A stretch of DNA of 64,000 nt. Source: Eledone cirrhosa (taxonomy: Eukaryota). Position 1 is the stretch's first letter. Every line of letters starts with the position of its first letter. The translations under genes were made by a program, and so were the position numbers. The stretch covers positions 50,344,001-50,408,000 of the forward strand of contig OZ024742.1 of the NCBI GenBank assembly GCA_964016885.1, in the 5' to 3' direction. Of this stretch, positions 29,876 through 47,949 are shown piece after piece. Below the pieces are notes generated by a model. It was not told where the DNA came from, ran no database searches, and was given only the letters and a program-made list of their open reading frames with translations.

Positions 29876-32300
29876 TGAATGCCAAGAGAAATAAAATAAT
29901 TCAATTGAGATTACAAGAGAAAATACGGTCGACTGGCCGAAGGCGTTTAGCCAGCTCCGTAGGAATGTTTTGTCGTTACATATTGTTTGTGCTGGCGGAG
30001 CCAAGGAACAAGCGGTGTTTACTTAGCATGGTCAAGCCTGGAAGTGCTGGCGTCCTCAAATCTTTGCGGGCTATTTCTCCCTCATAACGCGTAGGGATAC
30101 ATCCTCTTCTACTGGCGCTGATTGGCTTAGCTGAGCCAAATCACGCACAGAGAATGTATGTGAGCCCGCGGAATGTAGGTCACTACATCACCTCCGAGCA
30201 GATTTTCAGCCGAAAATCGTTAACGAAGAAACCGAGGACCCACAGATTATTGAATTAGCAAGAACAAATGCTGAAAGAGGACATCAGTGAAAAAATAATT
30301 GAGAAGAAAGATGCATGCAAGAAAAAAAAATGAGGCGCGACGGGCCGTGTTGAGCCGCAGTCAAATGACTAGCTGTTTTGTAGTTTAAACGTGACGACAA
30401 AGGTCTACCAGAAAACAGATAAAGTCTGACATGGACGAAGTAGCTGTTCTTGCATTAAATGTTAATGGTAAGCGTTGTACCAGTAGCTGTGAACGAAGCT
30501 ATTATGGTAGTTTACCAGTGCTGGCGAGAAAATGATGGCCTCCCAGATGTATTGCCGAATGTGCTATGAAGCCAGGATAAAATGGCTTGTTGCTTTGATA
30601 AGGAAAAACAAAACAAATCGAATCTGTAGGTGAGTTGCAGTTCCATGTAATACAGCAAAGAAAATGTGTGCGTGCGGTCAATATATAATGATAGAGAGAA
30701 ATGAATTTTCATATAATACAGTTTAAAAAAAATAAATGTTCAAAATAAATGCCTGAAAAAAGAAAGGAAGAAAGAAAGAATTGTTTCTTTTCTTTTAACA
30801 AAAAGTTCGCTTCTTTTTTCTTTGTGAACGCTCCTACTAGGGAGCTAGTAGAATTTTGTTAAAGCAAAGTCACAATGAATCTTCTGTAGAGTCGAATTCG
30901 AGCGTTGAAGAACCTAGCGTCACCGATATGGCAGCCACGTCTGACGCCATAATGGTGAGAAAACTAATGTCTTAATTTCTCGAGTCCTTGTGGTAACGAG
31001 ACAGAAGGTATGGTGGTTGCGTCAGTAAAGTTACAAGCCGTTTCCTGGTGTTGGTTAATATAGCCATGTGTTGACGCTGATGGCTGTTACTTGGTGGTAG
31101 CCGTTTTGAAATCTCCTCGTGGCGTAAAGTTTTGGAAATACTGCTAATTTTTTTCTCTAAAAAAATTCTAAAGAAAATTTGAAAATATTCTAAAGAAAAA
31201 AAATGATTTTCCATGATGGCCGATCGAAAAATGTGTCCGTGATGAAGAAGCCGTCATGTGGCACGATGCAGCCAATCAGATGGCTGGGATCGAAGAAGAC
31301 AAGCTGAACGCGGGAAAACAAACTTTTTGAGTGTCCATTTGCAATTTCAACAGAACGCTGAAAGCAAAATTCTATATCCAGAGAAATTCTTTTTTTTTGT
31401 AATTCTTTTTTTTTGTCTGTCTTTATCAAACTATGCTCGCAATAATAATTTTCAATCCAAAAGAGAAATTTTTTGTTAGACGTCGAAAGAAAACGTTTTC
31501 TTTTGTGTTGTATTTTTTTGTTCGTCTGTATGCGTGAGTCAGCAGAAAGTTATGACAGAAATATTGTGCAGGTCGTGTGATTCAACAAATGGAATATTAT
31601 GAATTATATGATCTAAGCTAAGCGAGTCTAGCAACCCGATTCGAATATTCCCAATGTTAAGCCACTCCATATTGCCGTTAAAACGAATGGCGAATACAAA
31701 TAAGCAGCGTTTTGATTCTTTATCGTCGAAGGGTCACCAATAAAGGAAAGAAATATTTCTCTTTGTTGAATATAAGTCACCAATTTGGTTGAAGTATATT
31801 GTCACCAATTTGGTGAAAGATGTGTTGTCAACCGATTTAGTTGAAGATGTAAATTCCAATTTAGCGGAGAAGTATTTAGAAGTTGGTAAGGTTGCCACGA
31901 GTAACCAGGTTTGGTAGAAAGATATAATAGGAATATCGACAACGACTTTTAGCTTGGTTTTACATTATTTATTAACAGAGGTTGAGCTGGCATGCCAAGA
32001 GAAATAAAATAATTCAATTAAGATTTCAAGAGAAAATACGGTCGACTGGCCGAAGGCGTTTAGCCAGCTCCGTAGGAATGTTTTGTCGTTACATATTGTT
32101 TGTGCTGGCGGAGCCAAAGAACAAGCGGTGTTTACTTAGCATGGTCAAGCCTGGAAGTGCTGGCGTCCTCAAATCTTTGCGGGCTATTTCTCCCTCAGAA
32201 CCCGTAGGGATACATCCTCTTCTACTGGCGCTGATTGGCTGAGCTGAGCCAAATCACGCACAGAGAATGTATGTGAGCCCGCGGAATGTAGATCACTACA
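29876..32300 (-). mobile_element. Non-coding LTR element (5' LTR ~31742-32300; truncated 3' LTR ~29876-30187)
   Basis: Direct repeats begin TGTAGTG on the minus strand; PBS TGGTGACCC at 31731-31739; internal region homologous to 40620-42050. Confidence 0.8.
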
Positions 32301-32319
32301 AATGTATCTATAGTGTATT

Positions 32320-32524
32320 TGGTAATCAACAAACAAAGGGAGATAAGCTGACAGATCTCTGTTTCGTAATGTTCGTATTCCCCAGAGCTTAGCAATCCCC
32401 TTGTGTGTTGAAAATTATGAATGTTGGATTCTTATAGAATTCCAGTAATATTAAGGAAATGATTATACAGAGCTGTTGCCAACAGCATGAAACAGAGATC
32501 TGTCAGCTTATCTCCATTTGTTTT

Positions 32525-32525
<1 letters not shown>
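32320..32525. repeat. Small fold-back fragment of the hammerhead-bearing unit family
   Basis: taagct CTGGGGA..GAAA cagagatctg TC agctta on minus; shares ttcttatagaattccagtaa with the 36.1-kb unit and ttcttatagaattcca with the 50.5-kb unit. Confidence 0.6.
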
Positions 32526-36740
<4,215 letters not shown>

Positions 36741-37329
36741 TTCTCTCTCTATATATATATATACTATATAAATTGGAAGTGGTCGGACGTTGTATATTTA
36801 AGTAAGTAGGTGTAGTCGGATAAACGTCGAAACGGCTTGGTGGAATGCAGAGAAAATTTATACAGTTATGCAGAATGACCCGAAGAGGCGTTGGGTCGAC
36901 TTTTAGGGTACAAGCGTCCTTGGTTACAGAGAAAATCGATGAAACAGGAATTTCCCATTCAAATTGAACTAAGAGTAATCTGTGAACGCAGAAATCAATA
37001 TTTCGAGAAATGTTCCAACCGAACGAAAACAGGAAGACGATATTTTGGTTCGTGAAGACGTTCCCTGGCAATGAAAGGGAAAAAAGCGAGGATAAAAGGT
37101 CGTTATGTGGATCGAGAAGAACAATTTCATGCAAAGACAAGACCAAGTTTATGGTATAAATGGAGTCGTTAGACTAATATTATATTTAACATAACAGAAT
37201 GATTTCCAGCCCCGGAGTTTAAGAATGATGTAAATAAAATTGAAAATGAAAATGACAGAGATTATTAAAATAGTAAAAGTAAATAGTGAAGATTTAGGCC
37301 AGTACATACGTATGCTCCGACGGACATAA

Positions 37330-37820
37330 ACATACATACGTACACACAAATACATACCCCCCACCCGCCACACACACACACACGAGCGCGCGCGTGTATA
37401 AACCTTATGCCTTTCTACTGTATTTTCACCAAACTTAAGACATAGGTTACTTCTGTACCCCGGATGGTCATGAGCACTTTCATTTTTACAGATATTGACT
37501 ATAGGGCCTCCTGGCAGATAACCTCCTTTAACTACTTCCTTGGAGTCGATGAAAAACTGCAGTGCAATGCAACAAAACGTCATAACTTCTGGAGTTCGCA
37601 ACCGATTTTCACAAAACATGACACATGGGCTACAGATGAATTTGAACTCTCAGAATTGGCAGATATTGAGTAGGGGATCCCTGGGGGCAGGAAACCTCTT
37701 TTGGAAAAAGCCAATGATTTTGTAAAAGTATAGTTTTCGAAGTAGCACTGAAGTATTGACATAAATGATATACACAACTGCTATTTAATACCCGAGCAAC
37801 GCCGGGTACCTCTGTTAGTA
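37330..37820 (+). mobile_element. Non-autonomous Helitron-like fragment
   Basis: ttttcaccaaactt / accgattttcacaaaac subrepeats; 3' hairpin tacccgagcaacgccgggta followed by TTAG (decayed CTAG). Confidence 0.5.
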
Positions 37821-37844
37821 TATTTATATATGGGACGAGTTTGG

Positions 37845-38040
37845 TAGTAGTTCCACAACAGTTAGTTCGCCATACCGAGGACAAATATTTCACCTTATTC
37901 GGATCCTCATCTCACTCTAAATGAAGTTGTACGAAAAGTGAAAAAAAAAACCGTACAACTTCATCTAGTTCGAGCTGAGGATCCGAATAAGATGAATCAT
38001 TTGTTCTCGGTATGGTGAACTAACTGTTGTGGAACTACTT
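37845..38040. repeat. Fold-back with mirror decayed hammerheads (37971-38009 +, 37876-37913 -)
   Basis: Consensus of the arms: gag CTGAGGA tcc-gaataa-ggt GAAA catttg TC ctc. Confidence 0.7.
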
Positions 38041-38889
38041 CTATATATATGTGTGTTTGTCTGTGCGTGGTTGTGTGTGCGTGTGATATGATTTTGTTTC
38101 TTTGTTATATCTCTTTCCTCTTGTGTCGCTCTTCGTAATATTCTTTTTTTCTGTAATCTACAGCCCTATGAGTAATAATAGAACCGATTTTTTTTATTAG
38201 TATCATTGACAATATTATTTTGGCTATTTTAACTTGTTTATTATCTGGTTCAATTCATAAACATTGTAGGTTTTGACGTTTGTAGTACAACTCAGTCGTT
38301 TTATGGATCATGCTGTGTTTCGTTTTGTTGTCTCTTGTTAATTAATGATAATGTGCATAGAAATGTCGCATTTATTTCAAATTTGTTAACACATGACCTC
38401 AATTCATTTCATGCCACGGGTGTTATGTTTCTCTTGACAATCAGAAATAATTTCCCTATGTTGGCTGATGCTTTGTTTTTTATATTACTGTGATAAAAAA
38501 TACAATATCCCGTCAAAAGCTCTGCTGGAATTCGGTATTAATATAGTTTCTTTATCGCTCAATCTATTTGTTATTAAGTCTGTAACTTCATGTAGGAATG
38601 TAGTATAGTTAGCTAGACTGGCTCCTTTCTGGGGAATATAAAATAGTGCGTTAACTACATGCAATCAGGAGATCGTTAAGATTCTTTTTTTATCAATCTT
38701 GAATGACATTTACAAAATTAGCACTGAGTTTGATTACTCATATTTCTAGATGGATTTCTTATATTACGTTGATCAAATGAACCTCTCGCTGTGACTTAAA
38801 GTAAATTGTAATGCGTAATTTTTCGTATTTCTTGTGTTTTCCAATATTTATATATAATATAATTGTTTCTACTTTTGGCGCAAGATCAG

Positions 38890-38972
38890 CAATTAACCAG
38901 TGCCTTACTGGTACTTTATTTTATCGACCCCGTAAGGATGAAAGGCAAAGTTAACCTCGGCGGGATTTGAAC
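38890..38972 (-). mobile_element. SINE fragment (Nin-domain-like core)
   Basis: Minus: gttcaaatcccgccgaggttaactttgcctttcatccttacggggtcgataaaataaagtaccagt (B box plus conserved core). Confidence 0.75.
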
Positions 38973-39929
38973 ATATAATATAATATAATATAGTAGCACA
39001 TTAATAATGACAAAATGATATGCTATTTTTCTGCCTGTTTTTTTTTTTTATACAGGGAATTTATCACGAAATATAAGGACGTATAAAGAACTGCAAGGGC
39101 GAGGGGGTAAGATGGAGAGCAGCGAGAGAGAAGGGGAGAGAGAAAGAAAGACGCCGCTTCGACGGTATTTTGATTTTCTAACAGCTTCCATACGCCGAGT
39201 TTTCCTATTTTCCTGAAAATCCGAGTACACTCACGTTTCAAAACTTTAGTTTCAATATATGTGTTTATACCTTCAAACGCTACCTTAGCCTTCTAACGCG
39301 GATTGATATCATGCCTGAGGTGAGTTGTCTTTTCTTTCCTCTTCCTCTATCCCCCTTCCTTTCTCTCTTTCTGTCTTTCTTTCCCCTTTCTCTCACTGCT
39401 CCCTATATTTCCCCCCTCCTTCCCACTGTTATATTATTCCTTCACCTCTCTCCCTTTTACAGGCCATCTCTACTTACAACGACACTATTCTTCCTTTCTC
39501 GCGAAGACCTGATGTCGATCAGACGCACCCCATCTCTCTCTCTTTCTCTCTTTCTCTCTTTCTCTCTCTCTTTTTCTCTCTCTCTCTCCTTTCCCAACGC
39601 AAACACTATGTGAAAGAAGATATTTTATTTACTTCTCCGTGAACAGCCTCCTATTCTCCCTCAGTGATCTCATTAATTCGTCGAAACTGGTGACGTTGAG
39701 ATCCGATGAAAAAATTCTTATGTTTGTGACCTGTTCGCTTTCATCCATTCTTTTTTCCTCCATCCTCTCTTCTCTTCCTTCATTCGAATCAACTACCATC
39801 GAGCCGGTGATCTCTGTCCTTTGAGGTAATATTTTACCCAACGCCGCTTCGCCGGTATTTTGCTCTTGTAACAGCTTCCATACGCCTAGTTTTCCCATTT
39901 ACCTGAGAATACTAATACACTTGCGTATT

Positions 39930-40005
<76 letters not shown>

Positions 40006-40006
<1 letters not shown>

Positions 40007-42656
40007 GTAATGATCTACATTCCACGGGCTCCTATACATTCTCCGTGCGTTATTTGGCTCAGCCCAGCCAATGACCGCCAGTGGAGGTGATTGTATCTCT
40101 ACGAGCCCCGAGGGAAACATTCCCGCGTCGATTCGAGAAATCTGCCTCTTGCAGCTTCGACAGTGGAAAGGTAAACAACTATTTTTCTTTCGCTGTGAAA
40201 TCACTAGCTAATATGTAACACAACAACATAACCACGGCCTTGCAACACTTCAGCCAGTAGACCGCGCCTTCTGAAAATCTTAATTCGTTTGTTTTATTTC
40301 TCTTGGAATGTCAGCTCTACTCAGCTCTACTCAGCTCTACCCAGCTCTACCCAGCTCTACTCAGCTCTACCCAGCTAAAACTTTGTTAATAAATAATGGA
40401 AAACACACTAAAGTCGTAGTCGATATTCCTATCATAACTTTCTATCAAACTGGTTACTCATGGCGCTATAACTATTACATCACTACTTCTATAACTCTGC
40501 TAAACTGGTAATTATTATAGGACTACTACATCTATATAATACTGCTAAGACGGAGGAGTATATAAGTATGAAATGCTCCTCTTAAATATATATATACATA
40601 AAGCATTCTTTCTGTTAAAAGTGGTGACCCCGAAGAAAAAAATAATAGGAACTGTGTTGTATGTTATAAAATATATTTAAAAAAAAATGTTAAACACGAA
40701 CACGAGGAAATTTCAAAATGGCTACCGACAAGTCCTCTACCAACAACAGCAGCAGCAGTGCCAACATTGTTTAAACGCTGACCATAAAGAACGGAATAGC
40801 GATGTGGCATGTTTATAGCCTTACCGACGCAACCACCACACCTTCTGTCTCGTTACAACGGTGACTCGTGAATTAAAACAGCAACAGTTTTCTCACTACT
40901 GTGGCGTTTATAATATTGGTGACTCTAAAGTTGTCTTCAGCCGTTCGACTTCTATTCTACTGAAGATTTAATGTGACTTCGCTTCGATAATAACAACAAC
41001 AAGAACAACAATTCTACTAGCCTCCCAAAGAAATTTCAAAGAAAAGGCGAACTTTTTGTCATAACACATTTCTTTCTTTTTTTTTACAGGCAATGTTCGA
41101 ACATTTATTCTTTTAAAACTGTATTATATGAAACTTCATTTTTCTCCATCATTGTATACTTGACTGCACGCACACATTTTCTTTGCTGTATTACATTTCG
41201 TTGACACACAGCAACATATTGTTGTCTATAGTATGTGATCTCCAAGCGTTGTAATATTCTGCGAGATCCCTTCTCACTTTCTTGAGGTACCAAAACATGC
41301 TATTCACACTTCGTAGCATAATTCACCTGAACTCAAACAGGCTCCGCAACACGAGAATGCTAATTGCAGCTGGATTCAAACAGTTCAGCATCTCGTTGCA
41401 CACTCATCGTCCTATAGCATAACAACCCCCATCTTGTTACTTTGACCCACTCACTGGGAAAACAACAAATGGAACTGGGCCTGCCAGCATTTCCACCATT
41501 TCTCCTATGGATTCGCCAGAATTATGGAATTACCATTTCAACTACTACCCACTTACAGATTCAACTTGCTTTTTTTTCTTTTCAAAGCAACCAGCCATTT
41601 TTTCCTGGCTGCCTAGCACTTCCGGCTATTCACCTGGGAGTCCGACAATTTCTCGCCTGCCCATCATCTCCTTGCCAGCTTTACTACACTTGCCATAATA
41701 GCTATACAGTTCTGGTAAAGAATGAACAGCACCTTCATTGACAGCAGTTACTGGTAAACTACCATAACAGCTTCATCGACAGCTACTGGTACAACACTTA
41801 CCATTAACATTTAATGCAAGAACAGCAACTTCGCCCATGTCAGATTTTATCCGTTTTCTGTTAGACCCCAGGTGGTCACGTATAAATAGCAAAAAAGCTA
41901 GTCATTTGACTCAGCGGCTCAACACGGCCCTTAGCGCCTCATTTTCTTCTTGCATGCATTCTTTTGTTCTAATTTTTTTTTTCATTGATGTGCTCTTTCA
42001 GCATTTTTCCCTGCTGATTCAATAATATTTATCGTCTCATGACTAGGAAGGGGGTATTGTAGTGACTTACATTCCGCGGGCTCATATACATTTCCGTGCG
42101 TTATTTGGCTCAGTCCAGCGAATGACTGCCAGCGAAGGAGAATGTATCTCTACGCGGCCTGACGGAAAAATTCCCGCGTCGATTCGAGAAATCTGCCTCT
42201 TGCAGCTTTGACCGTGGAAAGGTAAACAACTATTTTTCTTTCGTCGTGAAATCACAAGCCAAAATGTAACACCACAACATAACCACGGCCTGGCAACACT
42301 TCAGCCAGTAGACCGTGCCTTCTGAAAATCATAATTCGTTTGTTTATTTCTCTTGGCATGTCAACTCTACTCAGCTCTACTCAGCTCTACTCAGCTCTAT
42401 CCAACTCTACTCAGCTCCACCCAGCTAAACCTTTGTTAATAAATAATGGAAAAGACACTAAAGTCGTTGTCTATATTCCTATCTTAACTTTCTACCAAAC
42501 TGGTTACTCATTGCGCTATAACAATGACATCACTACTTCTATAACTCTAAGCTGGTAATTATAATAGGACGACTACATCTATATAATACTGCTAAGACGG
42601 AGGAGAATATAAGTATTAAATATATATATACATCAACCACACATTCCTGTTAAACA
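40006..42656 (+). mobile_element. Non-autonomous LTR retroelement (LTRs 40006-~40620 and 42058-42656)
   Basis: Both LTRs start TGTA and the 3' LTR ends CA; PBS TGGTGACCCCGA at 40622-40633; PPT AGGAAGGGGG at 42045-42054; no gag/pol ORF. Confidence 0.88.
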
Positions 42657-42682
42657 GACATACATACATACTTACATATATA

Positions 42683-42720
<38 letters not shown>

Positions 42721-42807
42721 TAGATAGATAGATAGATAGATGGATAGATAGATAGATAGATAGATATATATAGATAGATATCTATATTTATATATATATA
42801 TATATAT

Positions 42808-43028
<221 letters not shown>

Positions 43029-43113
43029 TGGATAAATACTTCAACAGGCACTAGGTACTTAAATCGTTTTTTAATTTATTTAGAAAATTGTTTGATAACC
43101 GCTTGCTCCGCTC

Positions 43114-43213
<100 letters not shown>

Positions 43214-43312
43214 GATTTATATTTTCGATTTCATCTCTTTTTCTTTATACTTTCACTCGTGTAGGACACCTCGGTTATTTTTCATTTTGTAAAAAAAAAA
43301 CCTCACTTTCTA

Positions 43313-43349
<37 letters not shown>

Positions 43350-43524
43350 GGAAATAGGAATATGTTTGACCCCGACGCCAGAGCTGAAGACGTTTCGACG
43401 GCTATTTCTACAGAAATAGCCGTCGAAACGGTTTGAGCTCTGACCGCGGGGTCAAACATGTTCCTATTACCCACTCTACTACCCTAAGTATTGAGTACTC
43501 TGGTTCCTTATCACACCTCCTTCG

Positions 43525-43620
<96 letters not shown>

Positions 43621-43624
43621 GTGT

Positions 43625-44054
43625 GTGAGTGTGTTTGTGGGAGTGGGAGTATATATATATATAAATTTGTCGATCGACTTTCGTCGAATTGGACCTAGGA
43701 ATGAATGTTCCCGTTGGTCTTTCCAATTGCTAATACTATCTATCCCAGGTAGAAGGAGCAACGTGTAATAAAGTGCATTGCTCATGGATATAGCGCATCG
43801 CCCGGTCCAGGAATCGTGTGGCTGATTAGATAGAAATCAGGATTCGCATCGTTAGGTTGTCAGTTCGATTCCTGGACCGGGCGATGCGTTATATCCATGA
43901 GCAATGCACTTTATTACACGTTGCTCCTTCTACCTGGGATAGATAGTATTAGCAATTGGAAAGACCAACAGGAACATTCATTCCTAGGTCCGATTCGACG
44001 AAAGTCGATCGACAAATTTATATATATATATACTCCCACTCCCACACACACACT

Positions 44055-44070
<16 letters not shown>
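43625..44070. mobile_element. Fold-back containing a tRNA-derived SINE head (43815-43930 +)
   Basis: tggctgattag A-box-like and gttcgattcc B-box motifs; arms ~43625-43814 / ~43865-44060 are reverse complements. Confidence 0.75.
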
Positions 44071-44085
<15 letters not shown>

Positions 44086-44943
44086 TGGGTGTGTTGTACA
44101 CATAATTAGAACACAAACGTAGGCTGCAGATACGGAATTTGTCAAAGAAAGCAAACTTATATAAATCTCGGAATTATAGGGATTAGAATGTGACTGAATT
44201 GGTCCAGGCGTCTTTCCTCAGTAAATAATTTATATAAATACAAGATCGCTGACGCTTCTTTTTTTCCAGTATCATTGCTCATTTCATATATATTTGTTTT
44301 GCTGGGGGTGGGGTGGGGAGTTAAGAATTCCCCAGAAACATTATAGATTATAACGATTCGAGTAACAGTAAAATACAATTTCAGCTTTTGACATTGGCTG
44401 TAAACTATTGCAATATTTCCTGCGGCGAAACTGAAATATAACGCTCCCCGTGTGCTATTTCGATATAAGTTTATATATTATTATTCACTAAACAAAATGA
44501 AATAAGAACATAGAAGGACAACGGGAGATAGATGAATAAAGAGAGAGGCAGAGAACCAGAAACATAGGGAAGTAGAAATGTATATACAGAGAGAGAGATT
44601 TAGAGAGAGGGTGAGTAATAGAGAAAACGAAAAGGGTAAGGCAGATAGAGAAATAGAGTGAGACAGACAGGAAAACAAGAATGAAAACGTATCTATTTAA
44701 ACAAGTGGAAATTATAACATATCAAATATATAAATCCCCATGTGAAAACTACTATAGGACTATATTATATACGGACAAATACAGAAGACCATATAATTTT
44801 TCTAGTGACTACTCGCACAATGTGTCGAACTGGATGGAATTTTAAAGCAAACGCAGACATGGCTGTATACGAAGTCATACTTATAGGAAACTAGCTGACC
44901 CGTCCGACTGGCGCCCGGCTACCATTGGCGTCTTATACAGCAT

Positions 44944-45019
<76 letters not shown>

Positions 45020-45021
<2 letters not shown>

Positions 45022-46850
45022 AACGGGAACAAAACAGAGAGGCAGTACGAACAAAGGTTTATTAGTTTCACGCTCTTGAGAGTGGGGGGATAGTGGGGAA
45101 CGACGTTTCGGCCATAAGCCCCTCTTCAGGCGAAAAATGTATGGGAAGAGAGTTCCAAGGGTGTGTAGGGGAGTGGGGGAGAGACATTTAGACAAATAAA
45201 AATAATAATAATAGAAATAAGAATAAAAATAAACATGAAGATAAACAAGTGGTGGACGGGTGTGGGGCGTGTAGGGGTGGTGGCGGGTGGTGTGGGGAGA
45301 GGTAGGCGGGGTGTCCGAACGGGGAGGGCTGAAGGTGGTGTATGTGTGTGTGTGTATGTGAATGTGAGAGTTGGGGGAAGAAGGAGGTTCCATGTTCATG
45401 AGAAGGTGTGTCTGTGTGGGTGGAGTGTGGGTCGGTGTGTGTGTGCGCGTGTGGATGGGGAGGGGTCAGAGGGGAAGGGGAGAGGATTCCGGAGGCTGAG
45501 TGTGTAAATATGTGGGGGTACTCACGTGTGTGTGGTGTTTATACGTATTGTGGATGTAGGTGGCGTGAGGGAAAAAAAATGTTTGTGAGTGTATGTCCGT
45601 GGGTAAGTTCCTAAGGTAGTTCCGTAGAGGATGTGGTGAGTTGCTGGATATTTTCCTTGTGATGGAGTTGATTGTTGGGAACGATGGCCATATGTGTAAT
45701 CCGTGGTTGGGTTGGTCGCAAGGGGGGAGATGTGGGGTGCGCGCGCAACAGGAAGTGGTCAGAGGGTCAAGGCAGGAGGAGGGTAGATGACAGGTGGAGA
45801 GGGCTGTGTGTCTGTGTGTGTGGAGAGTGCTCAAGGCATAGCATCAGTAGAGGGAACGGCAGGTGGAGAAAGTCGGTGTGTCAGTGTGTGCGGAAGTGCG
45901 GTGGACAGAGGAGAGGATGGCTAGGTGTTGAAGGTGGAGCGGGGAGGGAGTCTAGTGGAGGGAGGTGGGGTGTATTAGTAGAGATGTTAGTGGGATGTGT
46001 GTGTGTGTGAGAAGGGGTGTGGATGGAGCGGGTAGAGGGAGAGAAAGGTGTGGGGACGATGGAGGGAGTGTAGTGTACTAGTGTGTGTGTGTGTGTGGTG
46101 AAGGCGGTGTTAGTGGATGTTAGTATACTGGTGGTGGGGAAAGGGTTGAATGCGGGGTTGTTAGTGGGGGTCATGATGGTAGGGTGTTTAGAGTGGGTGG
46201 TGTAAGTGGGTGTGGGTGGGTGTGTGTTCGTGTGCGTGGAGTCGGGGGGATGTTAGTGGTATTAGTTGTGGGGTGGTGGGAGTGGATGTGTGGGTGATGG
46301 TTAGTTGTGGTAGTAGGGTGCGTGGGTAGTGTGAGTGCGTGCATATATGTACTGGTGGATGTGTGCGTGATAGGGGGAGGGGGGAGAGGGAAAGATGTTA
46401 GTATGTAGTTGGGGGAGGGTGGTCGGGGGTTGGGTGGAGGTGTTAGTATTGTTAGTTGTGGGGTGGGCGGTGAAAAGGAGGAGTGTGTTAGTGGTCTTAG
46501 TGGGGGATATGTGTGTGTGTGGGGGGGGGGGGGGGTTGAAGGCTAAAGGAATAGGTGTGGAGTGTTCTGGCCCGGGGGAGTGTGGGTTTGTAGGTTGAAG
46601 ATGGTGCGTTGTTCGACCCGAGGAGGGTGGCGGGTGTTCCGTGGCATTGGAGTAGGCCACAGACATTGAGGTGTTGCGCGGAATGTCCAGGGGAGCCAAA
46701 ATGGCGGACGATGGGGGAACTCCCGCCGAGACGAATATCCCGGAGGTGCTCGGTGAAACGGTCCGCCAGGCGACGTCCAGTCTGTCCGACATATATAGCT
46801 GACGTACCTAGCTTTGCTTGGATAAACACACGATAAGCCGTCTGTGTAGT
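45020..46850 (-). mobile_element. Penelope-like element 3' end of a different (Neptune/Poseidon-like) lineage: GIY-YIG plus long C/A-rich 3' UTR
   Basis: IYVGQTGRRLADRFTEHLRDI..PIVRHF..PGH..EQRTIFNLQTHTPPGQN; HHR-like CTGAAGA ggggcttatggcc GAAA CGTC at 45098-45133; ends at (TA)n. Confidence 0.85.
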
Positions 46851-47332
46851 ATAATAGTATAACTGTTGAAAATATATAGTATAATATTATTATTGAAAAC
46901 ATATAGTATAGTATTACTGTTGAAAATATATGGTATAGTATTACTGTTAAAAATATGTAGTATAGTATTACTGTTAAAAATATATAATATAGTATTACTT
47001 TTGAAAATATATAGTATAATACTACTGTTGAAAATATATAATATAGTATAGTATAACTGTGGAAAATATATAGTATAGTATTACTGTTGAAAATATATAG
47101 TACAGTATTACTGTTTAAAATATATAGTACAGTACAGTATTCCTGTTGAATATATATATATAGTGTAGTACAGTATTACTGTTGAAAATATATAGTATAG
47201 TATAGTATTACTGTTGAAAATATGTAGTACAGTATCACTGTTGAAAATATATATTACAGTACTACTGTTGAAAATATATAGTATAGTATTACTGTTGAAA
47301 ATATATAGTACAGTATTACTTTTGATAATATG
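46848..47332. repeat. 27-32-bp minisatellite (tagtattactgttgaaaatatatagta), ~16 copies
   Basis: Directly visible tandem repetition. Confidence 0.95.
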
Positions 47333-47668
47333 TACACGAATATATAATTATATATATATAATTAATTAAAAGTTGCTTAGAAGCGATGTCAATGCAGACA
47401 GTTAGACATACAGACAGATATTATAAGCGCACGGCGCTATAGCTATGTATGTATCTAAAAAGACAGAGTAGAGAGAGAGAGAGAGAGGAATGTCGTATTA
47501 TATATATTATATGTACTGGGATAATTGGTGGTTTTGTGCCTAAAGTAGAAACAATTACACTTATTTTTATACAACGGAAAATAACATGTTTATGTATGTA
47601 TATATACGTATAAAGGAATTCTGTAATAAAATGTACACATTATACTGTCTCTTATTTATGATACTAAC

Positions 47669-47738
<70 letters not shown>

Positions 47739-47949
47739 GATAGCGATGTCAATGTACAGAATGGTTTTCATGATGCAGACAGACAGACATACAGAGACAT
47801 ATTATAAGGGCGCGACGTTGTAGCTATGTATCTATCTAAAAAGACAGACTAAGAAAGAGAGAGGAATGTCGTATAACCGGAAGTGTTGACATTTGAACAT
47901 TTTAAAGAAGTGAATATTTAAATAAACGATAAAATATCGTTAATCTTTA

